DNA from: Pseudomonadota bacterium
GTDB taxonomy: Bacteria > UBA10199 > 2-02-FULL-44-16 > JBDRGF01
NCBI GenBank assembly: GCA_043818055.1
Contig: JBDRGF010000155.1
Span: 1-16,448, forward strand
Reading direction: 5' to 3'
Length of the DNA stretch: 16,448 bases
In this document: piece after piece, positions 7,002 through 15,689 of the stretch
How positions within the stretch are numbered: position 1 is the stretch's first letter
How the letters are laid out: each line of letters starts with the position of its first letter
Translations under genes and position numbers: made by a program
The notes under the pieces: generated by a model
Databases searched by the model: none
Told to the model about the DNA's origin: nothing
The model's input: the letters and a program-made list of their open reading frames with translations, nothing else

Positions 7002-9308
7002 TTAAAATAAGCTTCCCATGCCGAAGTTGAATATTACGCTCTTGTCGCTGGGTCCTTTGATAATCGGAATACCCCATTCGAAACGAAGAGGTCCCATAGG
7101 TGAATGCCATCTCAAACCGAAACCATAATCGGCCTTTAGGTTTGTGATGGAGATGTTCTGATTCTCGGCAAAGGCGTTTCCAGCATCGAAGAAGGCTACA
7201 AGTGCGACTCCGCCTTTCGGAAATACGAGATATTCAAATTCGGTCACAAATAGTATCTGTTTATCTCCACCGTAGGTAACATCTTTCTCACCGGAGAAAG
7301 GCGTAGCTGGAAGCCTGATCCTCGGTCCGACCGTGTTCCAGTCGTAACCTCTCATGGAGTTCACACCTCCAAGAAAATAGCGCTCGTAGAGTGGAACGGG
7401 ATCGTTGTTCAAACTCTTGACGTATCCTGACCTTCCATATTGCTTGAATATCAAACTCTTATAGACCGGATAATAGAACTGTCCCAGGACATCAAGCCGA
7501 TAGAAATCGTTGTTGCCACCCAATTTGCTGCCTGAGACTTCGTTTGTTACCTGACCGTAGAACCCTTTTGTCGGCATTATCCTGTTGTCACGCCTGTCGT
7601 ACTGGATATCGAAATTGATTGCGGAGGTGAAGCCCTTCTCCTTCTGTTTCAATCTCTGCGGAATGAATGGGCTTAAGTCGCTCACCTTCACATGCTCAGC
7701 AGTATATCCCAACAGGGCTGTCCAGTACTCAAATATCTTATGACCAAATGTCACACTACCGCCATATGCTTCGCGCTTGTAGTCAGGATAGTGATATGCG
7801 GTACGGTATGCGGAGCCGCCCAGTATCCACTCGGAATCGAGGAAGTAGTTATCCTGAAGGCTTAAAAAGAAATTCTGTCGTTTCTTTGAAATTTCACCTG
7901 AGATCGAGCCGCTTATTCCAAATCCGAAGAAATTCTGTTTCGACACCGATGCGCTGAATATGAAGCTTTCAACCGACGAAAATGCCGCGCTGATATTGAA
8001 GGATCCTGTCGGCCTTTCAGTAACAGTAACATCGAGGTTGACAGTATCATCACTTGTGCCTCTGGGAGTTGCAAAATTGATATCAGAAAAATATCCCAAA
8101 GCGTTGAGCTTTTCGCGGCTCTTTCTCAAACCCTTCAGGCTGTATCTGTCATCTTCATAGACTTTAAGTTCACGACGAATCACTTTATCCCTCGTCGTAG
8201 TGTTTCCTTTAATATTTATCTTTTCAATTGTGATGCGGTCACCCTTCTCTATCACATATGTTACATCGACAGTGAGTTTTTCATCATCCGGCGTCTGGTG
8301 CGGAATGATGTTTGCGAACGCATATCCCTGATCTCCATAGAGCTCGCCTAAATCCTGCAAATCGATGTCGATGTTCATCCTGTTGTAAACATCACCCTCT
8401 TTAGATTTCAAAAGCGATTTCAGTTGATCCTTCGTGGTCAGGACATCCCCTTCGATATTTATTTTGCCAAAATTATATTTCTTTCCTTCATGGATATCGA
8501 ATGTGAGGAAGATGTATCTCTTATCCTTTGAAATATATGTCCTCGGAGGAGAGACGCGCGCTCTATAGTAACCGCTATTAAGATAGAAATACGTCAGCAT
8601 CCCCACATCCACCTTGATCTTATCTTCATCAAAAGAACCCGACTTGGTTAAAAATGAGAAAAAGCCCTTTTTCTTCGTCTTGATCTGATCGCGGAGTTTG
8701 TCGTCACTGAAGACATGGTTTCCAAGAAACATCACCCGCCTTACAAAGGCCTTGAGATTTTCACGGATGCTGAAGACGAGCTTCGCTTCACCCGATTCGT
8801 TGTTGCCGATGTAATAACTTACCTCGACAAGATAGTAACCCTTCTTGATATACGCCTTTTTGATATTATCTATAGCTGTGGCCAGCTCCTTTGAGTTCAA
8901 AGGTTGATAGAGTGTGATATTGACATCCTCTTCGAGCTTATCATCTTTGATCTTTCTGTTTCCTTCGAAATCGACTTCGGAGATCAGCGGCTTTTCAGTA
9001 AATGAATATATCACCTTCACGCCGCCCGCAACCTGAGTGCTCTCAATTCGAATATCCAAAAACTGACCCAGGGCATAGAGTGCCTTCATATCCTCACGAA
9101 CGATTGTAGAGTTTAGCAAGAAACCTGTGCGCGTTTTTATGGTAGCGCTGATCGTCTCTGTCGGCACCCTCTGATTGCCGGTGATTTCAATCTTCTTGAC
9201 CATCGGCGAAAGAGCATGAGCCGATTGCGGCAAGATCAGAAAGAAGAGTGCGAACACAAAAAAGAAGAAACACGATAATGTTTTTTTATTATAAGAACTA
9301 TTATTCAT
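7002..9308 (-). CDS. bamA: Outer membrane protein assembly factor BamA (Omp85); alternative start at 9323
   Basis: Signal peptide ending AHA, repeated POTRA motifs (ITGNQRV, FEGNRKI, FLGNHVF, IKGNTTTRDKVIRRE), SMRGY (VRGF/Y-like loop 6), WHSPMGPLRF and a terminal Phe. Confidence 0.96.
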   Translation of the reverse strand: MNNSSYNKKTLSCFFFFVFALFFLILPQSAHALSPMVKKIEITGNQRVPTETISATIKTRTGFLLNSTIVREDMKALYALGQFLDIRIESTQVAGGVKVIYSFTEKPLISEVDFEGNRKIKDDKLEEDVNITLYQPLNSKELATAIDNIKKAYIKKGYYLVEVSYYIGNNESGEAKLVFSIRENLKAFVRRVMFLGNHVFSDDKLRDQIKTKKKGFFSFLTKSGSFDEDKIKVDVGMLTYFYLNSGYYRARVSPPRTYISKDKRYIFLTFDIHEGKKYNFGKINIEGDVLTTKDQLKSLLKSKEGDVYNRMNIDIDLQDLGELYGDQGYAFANIIPHQTPDDEKLTVDVTYVIEKGDRITIEKINIKGNTTTRDKVIRRELKVYEDDRYSLKGLRKSREKLNALGYFSDINFATPRGTSDDTVNLDVTVTERPTGSFNISAAFSSVESFIFSASVSKQNFFGFGISGSISGEISKKRQNFFLSLQDNYFLDSEWILGGSAYRTAYHYPDYKREAYGGSVTFGHKIFEYWTALLGYTAEHVKVSDLSPFIPQRLKQKEKGFTSAINFDIQYDRRDNRIMPTKGFYGQVTNEVSGSKLGGNNDFYRLDVLGQFYYPVYKSLIFKQYGRSGYVKSLNNDPVPLYERYFLGGVNSMRGYDWNTVGPRIRLPATPFSGEKDVTYGGDKQILFVTEFEYLVFPKGGVALVAFFDAGNAFAENQNISITNLKADYGFGLRWHSPMGPLRFEWGIPIIKGPSDKSVIFNFGMGSLF

Positions 9309-9326
9309 GTATTTTGTCCCCATATC

Positions 9327-9401
9327 CCTCCCCTTTATAAGGGGAGGTTAGGAGGGGTAAGTAACATCTACCTCCCCCACCCCCTCCTTATGAAGGAGGG
9401 G
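9327..9401. repeat. Inverted doublet of GC-rich REP-like palindromes
   Basis: CCTCCCCTT-TAT-AAGGGGAGG (9327-9347) and CCCCTCCTT-ATG-AAGGAGGGG (9381-9401), each a perfect 9-bp stem. Related G-rich tails (GGTTAGGAGGGGTA and, on the reverse strand, GGTGGGGGAGGTA) face each other. Confidence 0.75.
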
Positions 9402-9411
9402 AGTAAAGCTA

Positions 9412-10080
9412 TTACATATCAAGCCTTTTATTTCTCAAATAGTAGAGCTTCGGCAAGCTCTTGAGCAACTCCTGGTTATGACTGACTATCACAAGGGCTG
9501 TCTTGTGCTCCTCATTCAGCCGTCTTAAATATTTTAATATCTGATTCCCCATCTCCTCGTCGAGATTTCCGGTCGGTTCATCTGCCAGAATCATCTCTGG
9601 CCTCATGACCGCGGCCCTGGCTATCGCAACCCTCTGCTGTTCACCGCCTGAAAGGGTCATCGGAAAGTGTTTCACTCTATCTTTCAATCCGACATCGCTC
9701 AAAGCTTCAAGCGCCCTCGATCCTGCCTCTGATCTCTTCATTCCACTGATCAGACATGGCATCATCACATTTTCAAGCGCACTAAATTCCTTCATAAGAT
9801 GATAGAACTGAAAAACAAAGCCAACTTTTTTATTTCTGAATTCTGATAGTTTATCATCCTTAAGCTTACTAAGATCCGTCCCGTCACAGGTGACGTTACC
9901 GTTCGTCGCGCTGTCAAGTCCACCCAAAATATGCAACAGTGTCGATTTTCCACTCCCAGAGACACCACATATACCAACAATTTCAGCATCAGAGAGTTCA
10001 AAATCAAGACCCGATAACACCTCAACAGGTAGAGTTGAGTCGTAATATGTCTTACTGACCTTTCTTGCAATCAATTTCAT
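9412..10080 (-). CDS. lolD: Lipoprotein-releasing ABC transporter ATP-binding protein
   Basis: Walker A GVSGSGKST, GFVFQFYHL, signature LSGGEQQRVAIARA and ILADEPTGNLD. Adjacent to two LolC/E-type permeases. Confidence 0.92.
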   Translation of the reverse strand: MKLIARKVSKTYYDSTLPVEVLSGLDFELSDAEIVGICGVSGSGKSTLLHILGGLDSATNGNVTCDGTDLSKLKDDKLSEFRNKKVGFVFQFYHLMKEFSALENVMMPCLISGMKRSEAGSRALEALSDVGLKDRVKHFPMTLSGGEQQRVAIARAAVMRPEMILADEPTGNLDEEMGNQILKYLRRLNEEHKTALVIVSHNQELLKSLPKLYYLRNKRLDM

Positions 10081-10119
10081 CAGATTTAAACCTCTTTTTT
10101 TAAGTTACAAAACAAACCC

Positions 10120-10266
10120 CTGGATTCCCGCATGTGAGACCGTTGCCAAATTACAATTATAATTTGTAGGGGCAGGTTTTAAACCTGCCCTTGTTCTTTT
10201 TTGGGCGGGTTTGAAACCCACCCCTACAAAATCCCAATATACAATTGGAACTTCTGCGGGAATAAC
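10120..10266. repeat. Nested repeat: split CTGGATTCCCGC...GCGGGAATAAC palindrome enclosing a GTAG-type REP doublet (REPIN-like)
   Basis: Outer arms ATTCCCGCA (10124-10132) and TGCGGGAAT (10255-10263) are a perfect inverted repeat. Inner TTTGTAGGGGCAGGTTTTAAACCTGCCC (10163-10190) and GGGCGGGTTTGAAACCCACCCCTACAAA (10203-10230) are inverted at 24/28 positions. Confidence 0.78.
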
Positions 10267-10282
10267 AAAAGCCTAAATATCC

Positions 10283-11599
10283 TCATTTTTCCTGCAGCGC
10301 CTTGCATACATCTATTCTTCCCTCCTGTTTAGCCGCTGCCCACGAGGTCACAAAACATACCAACAGAGAGAAGAAGGATACTAATAAAATTATCATTGGG
10401 GATATGCTGATAGGCAGCTTATCCAAGAAATAAATTTCTTCATCGAGATGAAAGGGAATCAATCGCTTCATAACGAACGCGATCAAAACACTTAAAGCTG
10501 CACCCAAAGATGTACCGAGAATCCCCACCTTAACACCGCTGAACAAAAACAGATGCCTCACCATATCAGATGGCATACCCAAACTTTTAAAAAGAGCTAT
10601 GTCGTAACGACGATGAAGAATCATCAACATGGTGAGAGCAATTATATTGAACGCGGCTACCACTACCAGAAGTCCCATGATAATAGCAAAAACTTTTTTT
10701 TCCATGCCTATGGCTTCGAAGAGTTCCGAATTTACCTCTTCCCAGGTAAGTGCCCTGTATTCATTATCTGTCGAGCGTTCGAAGTCGAAAGCGATCGCTT
10801 TTGCCTTGTCGGGATCATCGAGCATCACCTCGAGGCCGGTCACATCCCCCTTCGAAATGTCGAAAAGTTTTCTTAAGGCATCCATATCCATCAACACAAA
10901 CTGTGAATCAAAATCGTACAACCCGGTTTCAAAAACACCATCCACATCTATGCTGATCGTTTTTTCTTCGCCCTTCTTCGTAGGAAAGATAAATTTGATC
11001 GTCGATGGGCTCCCAAGTTTTTTGAAGAGCGGCCGCCCTACCATCACGCCAACTTTCAACTGAGAACCGTTATTCGTTTCGAACTTCACAGGCCTCTCTT
11101 TGCGCCATTCATCGAGATCGACTCCCTTAAGTATGGTGCCCACAATTTCACCACCTGCAATCGCGAGCCCCTCACGATAGATAAATGGCGACACACCGAC
11201 GACACCTTTTTTCCTTTGTGAGAGCATTTTTTTCACAATGTCGTTATTGCCAAAGGCCCGATCGATCAGTGGAGCGAGTTTCATATATAATGATAGCAGA
11301 ACTCTGTTGTGATTTTGAAACGCTTTATCCTCGTCATCGTATCTGTATCTATTGATGATTTGCTCAATTTCGCCCTGATTGAAATAGCTCCCCGATCCGA
11401 ATATCGCAATGTGAGCGTTGAAACCGAGAAGCGCCCTCTTGTATTCCTTCTCGAAGCCGGATGAAATACACATGGAGAGTGTGAGCGTTGTGATAGCTAA
11501 AACTATCCCGATGACTGTCAGTATTTTAACAGCCCTGATCGAGCTCGGCGTGAACTTTCGCGTCGTGAATCTCGAAGATATGTATGAAGAGATACCCAT
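10283..11599 (-). CDS. Lipoprotein-releasing ABC transporter permease (LolC/E family), copy 2
   Basis: TM1 followed by SGFEKEYKRALLGFNAHI, GVFETGLYDFDSQF, TWEEVNSELFEAIGMEK, DIALFKSLG and IYFLDKLP. TGATG coupling to the upstream permease; GTG 11602 is an alternative start. Confidence 0.9.
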   Translation of the reverse strand: MGISSYISSRFTTRKFTPSSIRAVKILTVIGIVLAITTLTLSMCISSGFEKEYKRALLGFNAHIAIFGSGSYFNQGEIEQIINRYRYDDEDKAFQNHNRVLLSLYMKLAPLIDRAFGNNDIVKKMLSQRKKGVVGVSPFIYREGLAIAGGEIVGTILKGVDLDEWRKERPVKFETNNGSQLKVGVMVGRPLFKKLGSPSTIKFIFPTKKGEEKTISIDVDGVFETGLYDFDSQFVLMDMDALRKLFDISKGDVTGLEVMLDDPDKAKAIAFDFERSTDNEYRALTWEEVNSELFEAIGMEKKVFAIIMGLLVVVAAFNIIALTMLMILHRRYDIALFKSLGMPSDMVRHLFLFSGVKVGILGTSLGAALSVLIAFVMKRLIPFHLDEEIYFLDKLPISISPMIILLVSFFSLLVCFVTSWAAAKQEGRIDVCKALQEK

Positions 11600-12813
11600 C
11601 ACTCATACCTCAACACTTCTGCTGCTGCCCTTTTACCAACAAGTTGTGTGGGCCAATACGATGAGACAAAAGCTATAAGAACTCCTACTAAACCCAGCAT
11701 CAACGATGTCTGAATTGAAAAATCGACCGGCAGATAATCCAGGTAGTAAGTAGATGGCAGACTGATCGGCCAACGTTTAAGCAATGTGCAGATGACAAAC
11801 GCGGAACAAAGGCCGATCGAACTCCCGATCACGCCGATGATTAGTCCCTGATACAAAAAGATCCTCCTTACCAGATCTTTCTTAAATCCGAGCACCTGCA
11901 TGAGCGCCACATCTTTTTGTCGGGAAGCGGACATCATCAACACGATTCCCATTATGGAGAAGGATGAGATCAATATCACCATGATGAGCACCGCCGTCAT
12001 AGCGTATCTCTCGAGCTTCAATGCTGAGAATAATTTATTATTTCTCTCCTGCCACGTCGAAATTTCAAAACCGGAGAGTTTCTCTGTCAGATGTTTTTTT
12101 ACCTTAAGCGCGTCATTGATGTCGCCTAGCTCAATCAGATATCCCCTTCTCACCTGTTCGCCGAGCAGGCTCACGGCATCCTTCATCGGCAAAAAGATGT
12201 ACTGGTTGTCGTATTGATAGACGCCAGTGCGAAAAAGTCCTGCTACAGCGTATTTTTTCTTATTCGGTATTAGCTCGCCCGTCGGGCTGAGCTTGGCTAG
12301 TGGCGCTATCAGCTCAAAGCTATCCTGAAAATCGGGATGCAAAAGCAAATTTTGGCTGATATCCTTACCTATATACGCCCCTGAAAAATTTTGTTCTTCC
12401 TTAGGTGAATAAAACCAGATCCTCTTTCCCTCGCTGAATTTTTCGAGATCGATCCCCCTCACCTTCACACCCTGAGCCATCACATCTTCATTTAAATTGG
12501 CCTTGATGATAACCTCGCCCTCGACGAAGGGCAAAATCAATTTTGGTGAAAATGGAGCGACGAGCTTATCGACCTCTTCAGATGGGATGGGAGTTTTATC
12601 ACCGGCTGAGGTCTCGATGATGATATGAGAATCGAACCCCAGCAATCTTCTGATAAGCTCCTGATTAAAACCGCGCATGACTGACAGAACTGTAATGAGA
12701 ACCGCCACGCCGATTGCAACTCCGGCGATCGCGTTCAAAGTCAGAAGAGGCACGAATCGCACCCTTCTTCGTTTGAGAAAATACCTATTTGCGATCCAAA
12801 TTGATAAGGACAT
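11599..12813 (-). CDS. Lipoprotein-releasing ABC transporter permease (LolC/E family), copy 1
   Basis: IANRYF, GVAIGVAVLITVLSVMRGF, GLFRTGVYQYD, TWQERNNKLFSALKLER, YYLDYLP and AAEVLRYE. Start set at MSLSIW because the 20 upstream codons in the ORF track come from a heptamer repeat. Confidence 0.92.
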   Translation of the reverse strand: MSLSIWIANRYFLKRRRVRFVPLLTLNAIAGVAIGVAVLITVLSVMRGFNQELIRRLLGFDSHIIIETSAGDKTPIPSEEVDKLVAPFSPKLILPFVEGEVIIKANLNEDVMAQGVKVRGIDLEKFSEGKRIWFYSPKEEQNFSGAYIGKDISQNLLLHPDFQDSFELIAPLAKLSPTGELIPNKKKYAVAGLFRTGVYQYDNQYIFLPMKDAVSLLGEQVRRGYLIELGDINDALKVKKHLTEKLSGFEISTWQERNNKLFSALKLERYAMTAVLIMVILISSFSIMGIVLMMSASRQKDVALMQVLGFKKDLVRRIFLYQGLIIGVIGSSIGLCSAFVICTLLKRWPISLPSTYYLDYLPVDFSIQTSLMLGLVGVLIAFVSSYWPTQLVGKRAAAEVLRYE

Positions 12814-12900
12814 AAAAGCGTGAAGCGTCCACCCGTGAAGCGTGAAACGTAAAAACATTTTTTTGCGCTTCACGCTTCACGAACGACGCTTCACGTTTTT
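12814..12900. repeat. Inverted array of 7-bp tandem repeats (TGAAGCG / CGCTTCA)
   Basis: Left arm AAAAGCG TGAAGCG TCCACCCG TGAAGCG TGAAACG; right arm CGCTTCA CGCTTCA CGAACGA CGCTTCA CGTTTTT. Fills the whole lysS-permease gap and can fold into a long hairpin. Confidence 0.85.
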
Positions 12901-14388
12901 TCATCCTTGAGTTCTTAATTGTGGGAAGAGAATTACATCGCGAATAGATGCGGAATTTGTTAGTAACATCACCAGGCGATCAATCCCCACTCCCTCACCT
13001 GCGGCAGGCGGCATGCCATATTCGAGCGCCCTGATATAATCGGAATCGAAATGCATCGCCTCGTCATCACCCTTATTGAGCGCTTCCACCTGCTTTTTAA
13101 AACGATCCGCCTGATCATCGGGGTCGTTGAGTTCTGAAAAGGCATTTGCCATCTCACGACCGTAGATGAAGAGCTCGAACCTGTCGGTCACCGAAGGATC
13201 CTCCTCGTTTCGACGCGATAGAGGTGAAACTTCAACCGGGTATTGAGTGATAAAAGTCGGCTGAATCAGTTTCGGCTCCACAAGTATCTCAAATATTTCA
13301 GTCAAAATCGCGGCTAGCCCCTCCTTCTCGCTCTTGAGCTTATCTCCAAGACCCTTGGCAAATTTAAGAGCCTCATCCCTCGATTCCAGAACTTTTTTAT
13401 CGACCCCGCCTATTTCAACCAGGGAGTCCTTCAACGTGTATCGTTTGAATGGAGAGCCGAAATCGATCTCGGTCCCCTGATAATCAAATTTCTCCGCTCC
13501 CAGCACTTTTTTCGCAACGGTCGAAAACATCTCTTCGGTAAACTTCATCAGATCTTCGTACGTGGCATAACTCATGTAGAATTCCATCATCGTGAACTCA
13601 GGGTTGTGCTGGATCGAAATCCCCTCATTTCTGAAGTTACGATTGATCTCGAAGACCCGCTCCAACCCACCGACGACCAGGCGTTTGAGATATAGCTCAG
13701 GAGCCACGCGCATGTAGAGATCCATATGAAGGGTATTGTGATGTGTGACGAATGGCTTGGCCGTAGCTCCTCCCGGAATGGGATGCATCATCGGCGTTTC
13801 GACCTCCAAAAAGTCCTTTTCCAACATGAAATTTCGGATCTCCCTGATTATCAACGATCGCTTTACGAAGGTCTCCTTGACTGCGTCATTGACGATCAGA
13901 TCGACATATCTCTGCCTGTATCTGGTCTCGACATCTGTCAGACCGTGCCACTTTTCAGGTAGCGGTCTTAGAGACTTTGTCGTCAAAAGGATCTTGGCTG
14001 CATTGAGGGTCAATTCATCGGTCTTCGTCCTAAAAAGGTTCCCTTCTGCGTACACAAAATCACCTACATCGAGTTTCTTGTAGAGCTCAAACTGTTCATC
14101 TCCAAGTCGTTGTTTTTGAATAAATATTTGAACTTTACCGGTATAATCCTTCACCTGAAGAAATGCGGCTTTTCCAAACGAGCGGATCGCCATGATCCTG
14201 CCTGAGACTGAAAATGTTTTATCAAGCGTTTCGAGCTTTTCCTTGTCCCATGACTCATATTCTTTCAGAATTTCAGCAGCATTATTTTTAGGAGAGATGC
14301 CATTTGGAAACGGATTGATCCCCTGAGATTTTAACGCCTCAACCTTCTCACGCCTGGCCTGAATATATTGATTTTCACTCTCGCTCAT
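12901..14388 (-). CDS. lysS: Lysine--tRNA ligase, class II
   Basis: OB-fold (SGRIMAIRSFGKAAF), PLPEKWHGLTDVETRYRQRYVDL, FLEVETPMM, FRNEGISIQHNPEFT and motif 3 GEGVGIDRLVMLLT. SD GGAGG upstream. Confidence 0.98.
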   Translation of the reverse strand: MSESENQYIQARREKVEALKSQGINPFPNGISPKNNAAEILKEYESWDKEKLETLDKTFSVSGRIMAIRSFGKAAFLQVKDYTGKVQIFIQKQRLGDEQFELYKKLDVGDFVYAEGNLFRTKTDELTLNAAKILLTTKSLRPLPEKWHGLTDVETRYRQRYVDLIVNDAVKETFVKRSLIIREIRNFMLEKDFLEVETPMMHPIPGGATAKPFVTHHNTLHMDLYMRVAPELYLKRLVVGGLERVFEINRNFRNEGISIQHNPEFTMMEFYMSYATYEDLMKFTEEMFSTVAKKVLGAEKFDYQGTEIDFGSPFKRYTLKDSLVEIGGVDKKVLESRDEALKFAKGLGDKLKSEKEGLAAILTEIFEILVEPKLIQPTFITQYPVEVSPLSRRNEEDPSVTDRFELFIYGREMANAFSELNDPDDQADRFKKQVEALNKGDDEAMHFDSDYIRALEYGMPPAAGEGVGIDRLVMLLTNSASIRDVILFPQLRTQG

Positions 14389-14397
14389 CTTTCCTCC

Positions 14398-14456
14398 GAA
14401 AATTATAAATGATTATAAATTTCGCTAGGTTTTATATCAGGGGTATTTGAAGTCAA
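14398..14456 (-). promoter_or_regulatory. Candidate sigma70 promoter of the lysS operon plus an AT-rich dyad (possible operator)
   Basis: Minus strand TTGACT-16 nt-TAAAAC, followed by the imperfect 26-bp palindrome GAAATTTATAATCATTTATAATTTTC (14398-14423) immediately before the SD. Confidence 0.4.
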
Positions 14457-14546
14457 GGGGAATAACTCTCTCCTTTGGACACAAGTCTGGGATATTGTAA
14501 AAAAAACTCCTCTGGCACAGTTGTTTTTTTGGGATGCAAAGAAATA

Positions 14547-15671
14547 CTATCTCTTTGCAACTGCTCTTACAATTTTTGTCTTGGTTTTGACATCGATAGA
14601 GAGAGGATGATTGTAAATCCTAAACGGTGCTAGGCTAAACTGTATGCGTGTAATGTTTAAATTTCTCTTTGCAGTAACCTCTGTTCTGACTAAAAAATGA
14701 AATGTAACAGGTCTATGTCGAAGGCCAGGCTCATTCAGATTGGCAAAGGGCAATACGCATAATTTGTGTAATCTGGCCGCGTTGTTTTTTATGATAGGGT
14801 GTGAGTTCATCCTTCGAAATCCTCTATGAAAAACTAATTTGGTCTTCAGTTGATGTTTTACATGTCTTCCCACGCGTCTTATTTTTATTCTAATATATAC
14901 ATATCCAACCCAATGCATTCCTAATACGATGTGTTTGGCTAAGTGTGTCTTGACATGAAGTGCCATTCGTCTGGATAAACAACTCTTCATATTTCTCTCA
15001 AGCGCAACAATGTAACTTATGCATGCTGATGTGGTACAAATTTTACTGGGATTGAAAGATCTCTTTGAAAATCCGCTCAGTCTTTGTCTTTCCTCTTGTT
15101 CGTATTCTCTTCTTGTTTTAAACAGCTTTAATTTAAAACCTCTCAGTTTGAAGAAGTTTTCTCTCTTCTCTTTCAAATGATCCTGGAAGAGTTTTTCTCC
15201 ATCAATTCTAAACGTTATCTTTAGTTTTAGTCGATTCAAATCATTTATTGTGGGAAATAGATTGATTAGGCGCGAGAGCCTTCTTGGCTTCATTCTCTTC
15301 ATCCGAGGACGCGCTATCTTTGCCCGTTTTTTCTCTTTAACGGGCGAAGAATGGGGGTAGTCTGGAATAGGACAAGGCTTTTTTTTAACTCTACTCTTAC
15401 TGCATTTACAATATCGAAAAAATGATGAGAGAAAATTCTTTAGGTGGGTCAAGGAGTGAAAGTTCTGGAGCCTAATTTCATTAGGGGTGAGTCTCGCGAG
15501 TGATTCCTGAACCCTAGCTCTCTGAAATTCTTGCTTGGAGATGCAACTATCCGATCCTGCAATCCTTCTCAAGCGCTTGAGATTTAATTCAACTCTCTGA
15601 TCGTGTTCTTTATAACCGCATTTTAAGGATTTTAATATGAAGGGAATACAGGTTTTTTTCAACTTTACCAC
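14547..15671 (-). CDS. Hypothetical, highly basic protein (374 aa)
   Basis: Long ORF in AT-richer DNA; GTG start with AGGAGG SD (15677-15682). By hand count about 90 K+R versus about 23 D+E, and 10 Cys. No family recognised. Confidence 0.75.
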   Translation of the reverse strand: MVKLKKTCIPFILKSLKCGYKEHDQRVELNLKRLRRIAGSDSCISKQEFQRARVQESLARLTPNEIRLQNFHSLTHLKNFLSSFFRYCKCSKSRVKKKPCPIPDYPHSSPVKEKKRAKIARPRMKRMKPRRLSRLINLFPTINDLNRLKLKITFRIDGEKLFQDHLKEKRENFFKLRGFKLKLFKTRREYEQEERQRLSGFSKRSFNPSKICTTSACISYIVALERNMKSCLSRRMALHVKTHLAKHIVLGMHWVGYVYIRIKIRRVGRHVKHQLKTKLVFHRGFRRMNSHPIIKNNAARLHKLCVLPFANLNEPGLRHRPVTFHFLVRTEVTAKRNLNITRIQFSLAPFRIYNHPLSIDVKTKTKIVRAVAKR

Positions 15672-15689
15672 TAACGCCTCCTACTTATA

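Noticed and set aside
12814..12873. N-terminal extension MKRKKMFLRFTLHGWTLHAF of the permease
   Set aside because: It is translation of the heptamer repeat; family similarity starts at MSLSIW.
9327..12900. CRISPR interpretation of the intergenic palindromes
   Set aside because: No regularly spaced direct repeats with unique spacers and no cas genes in the window.
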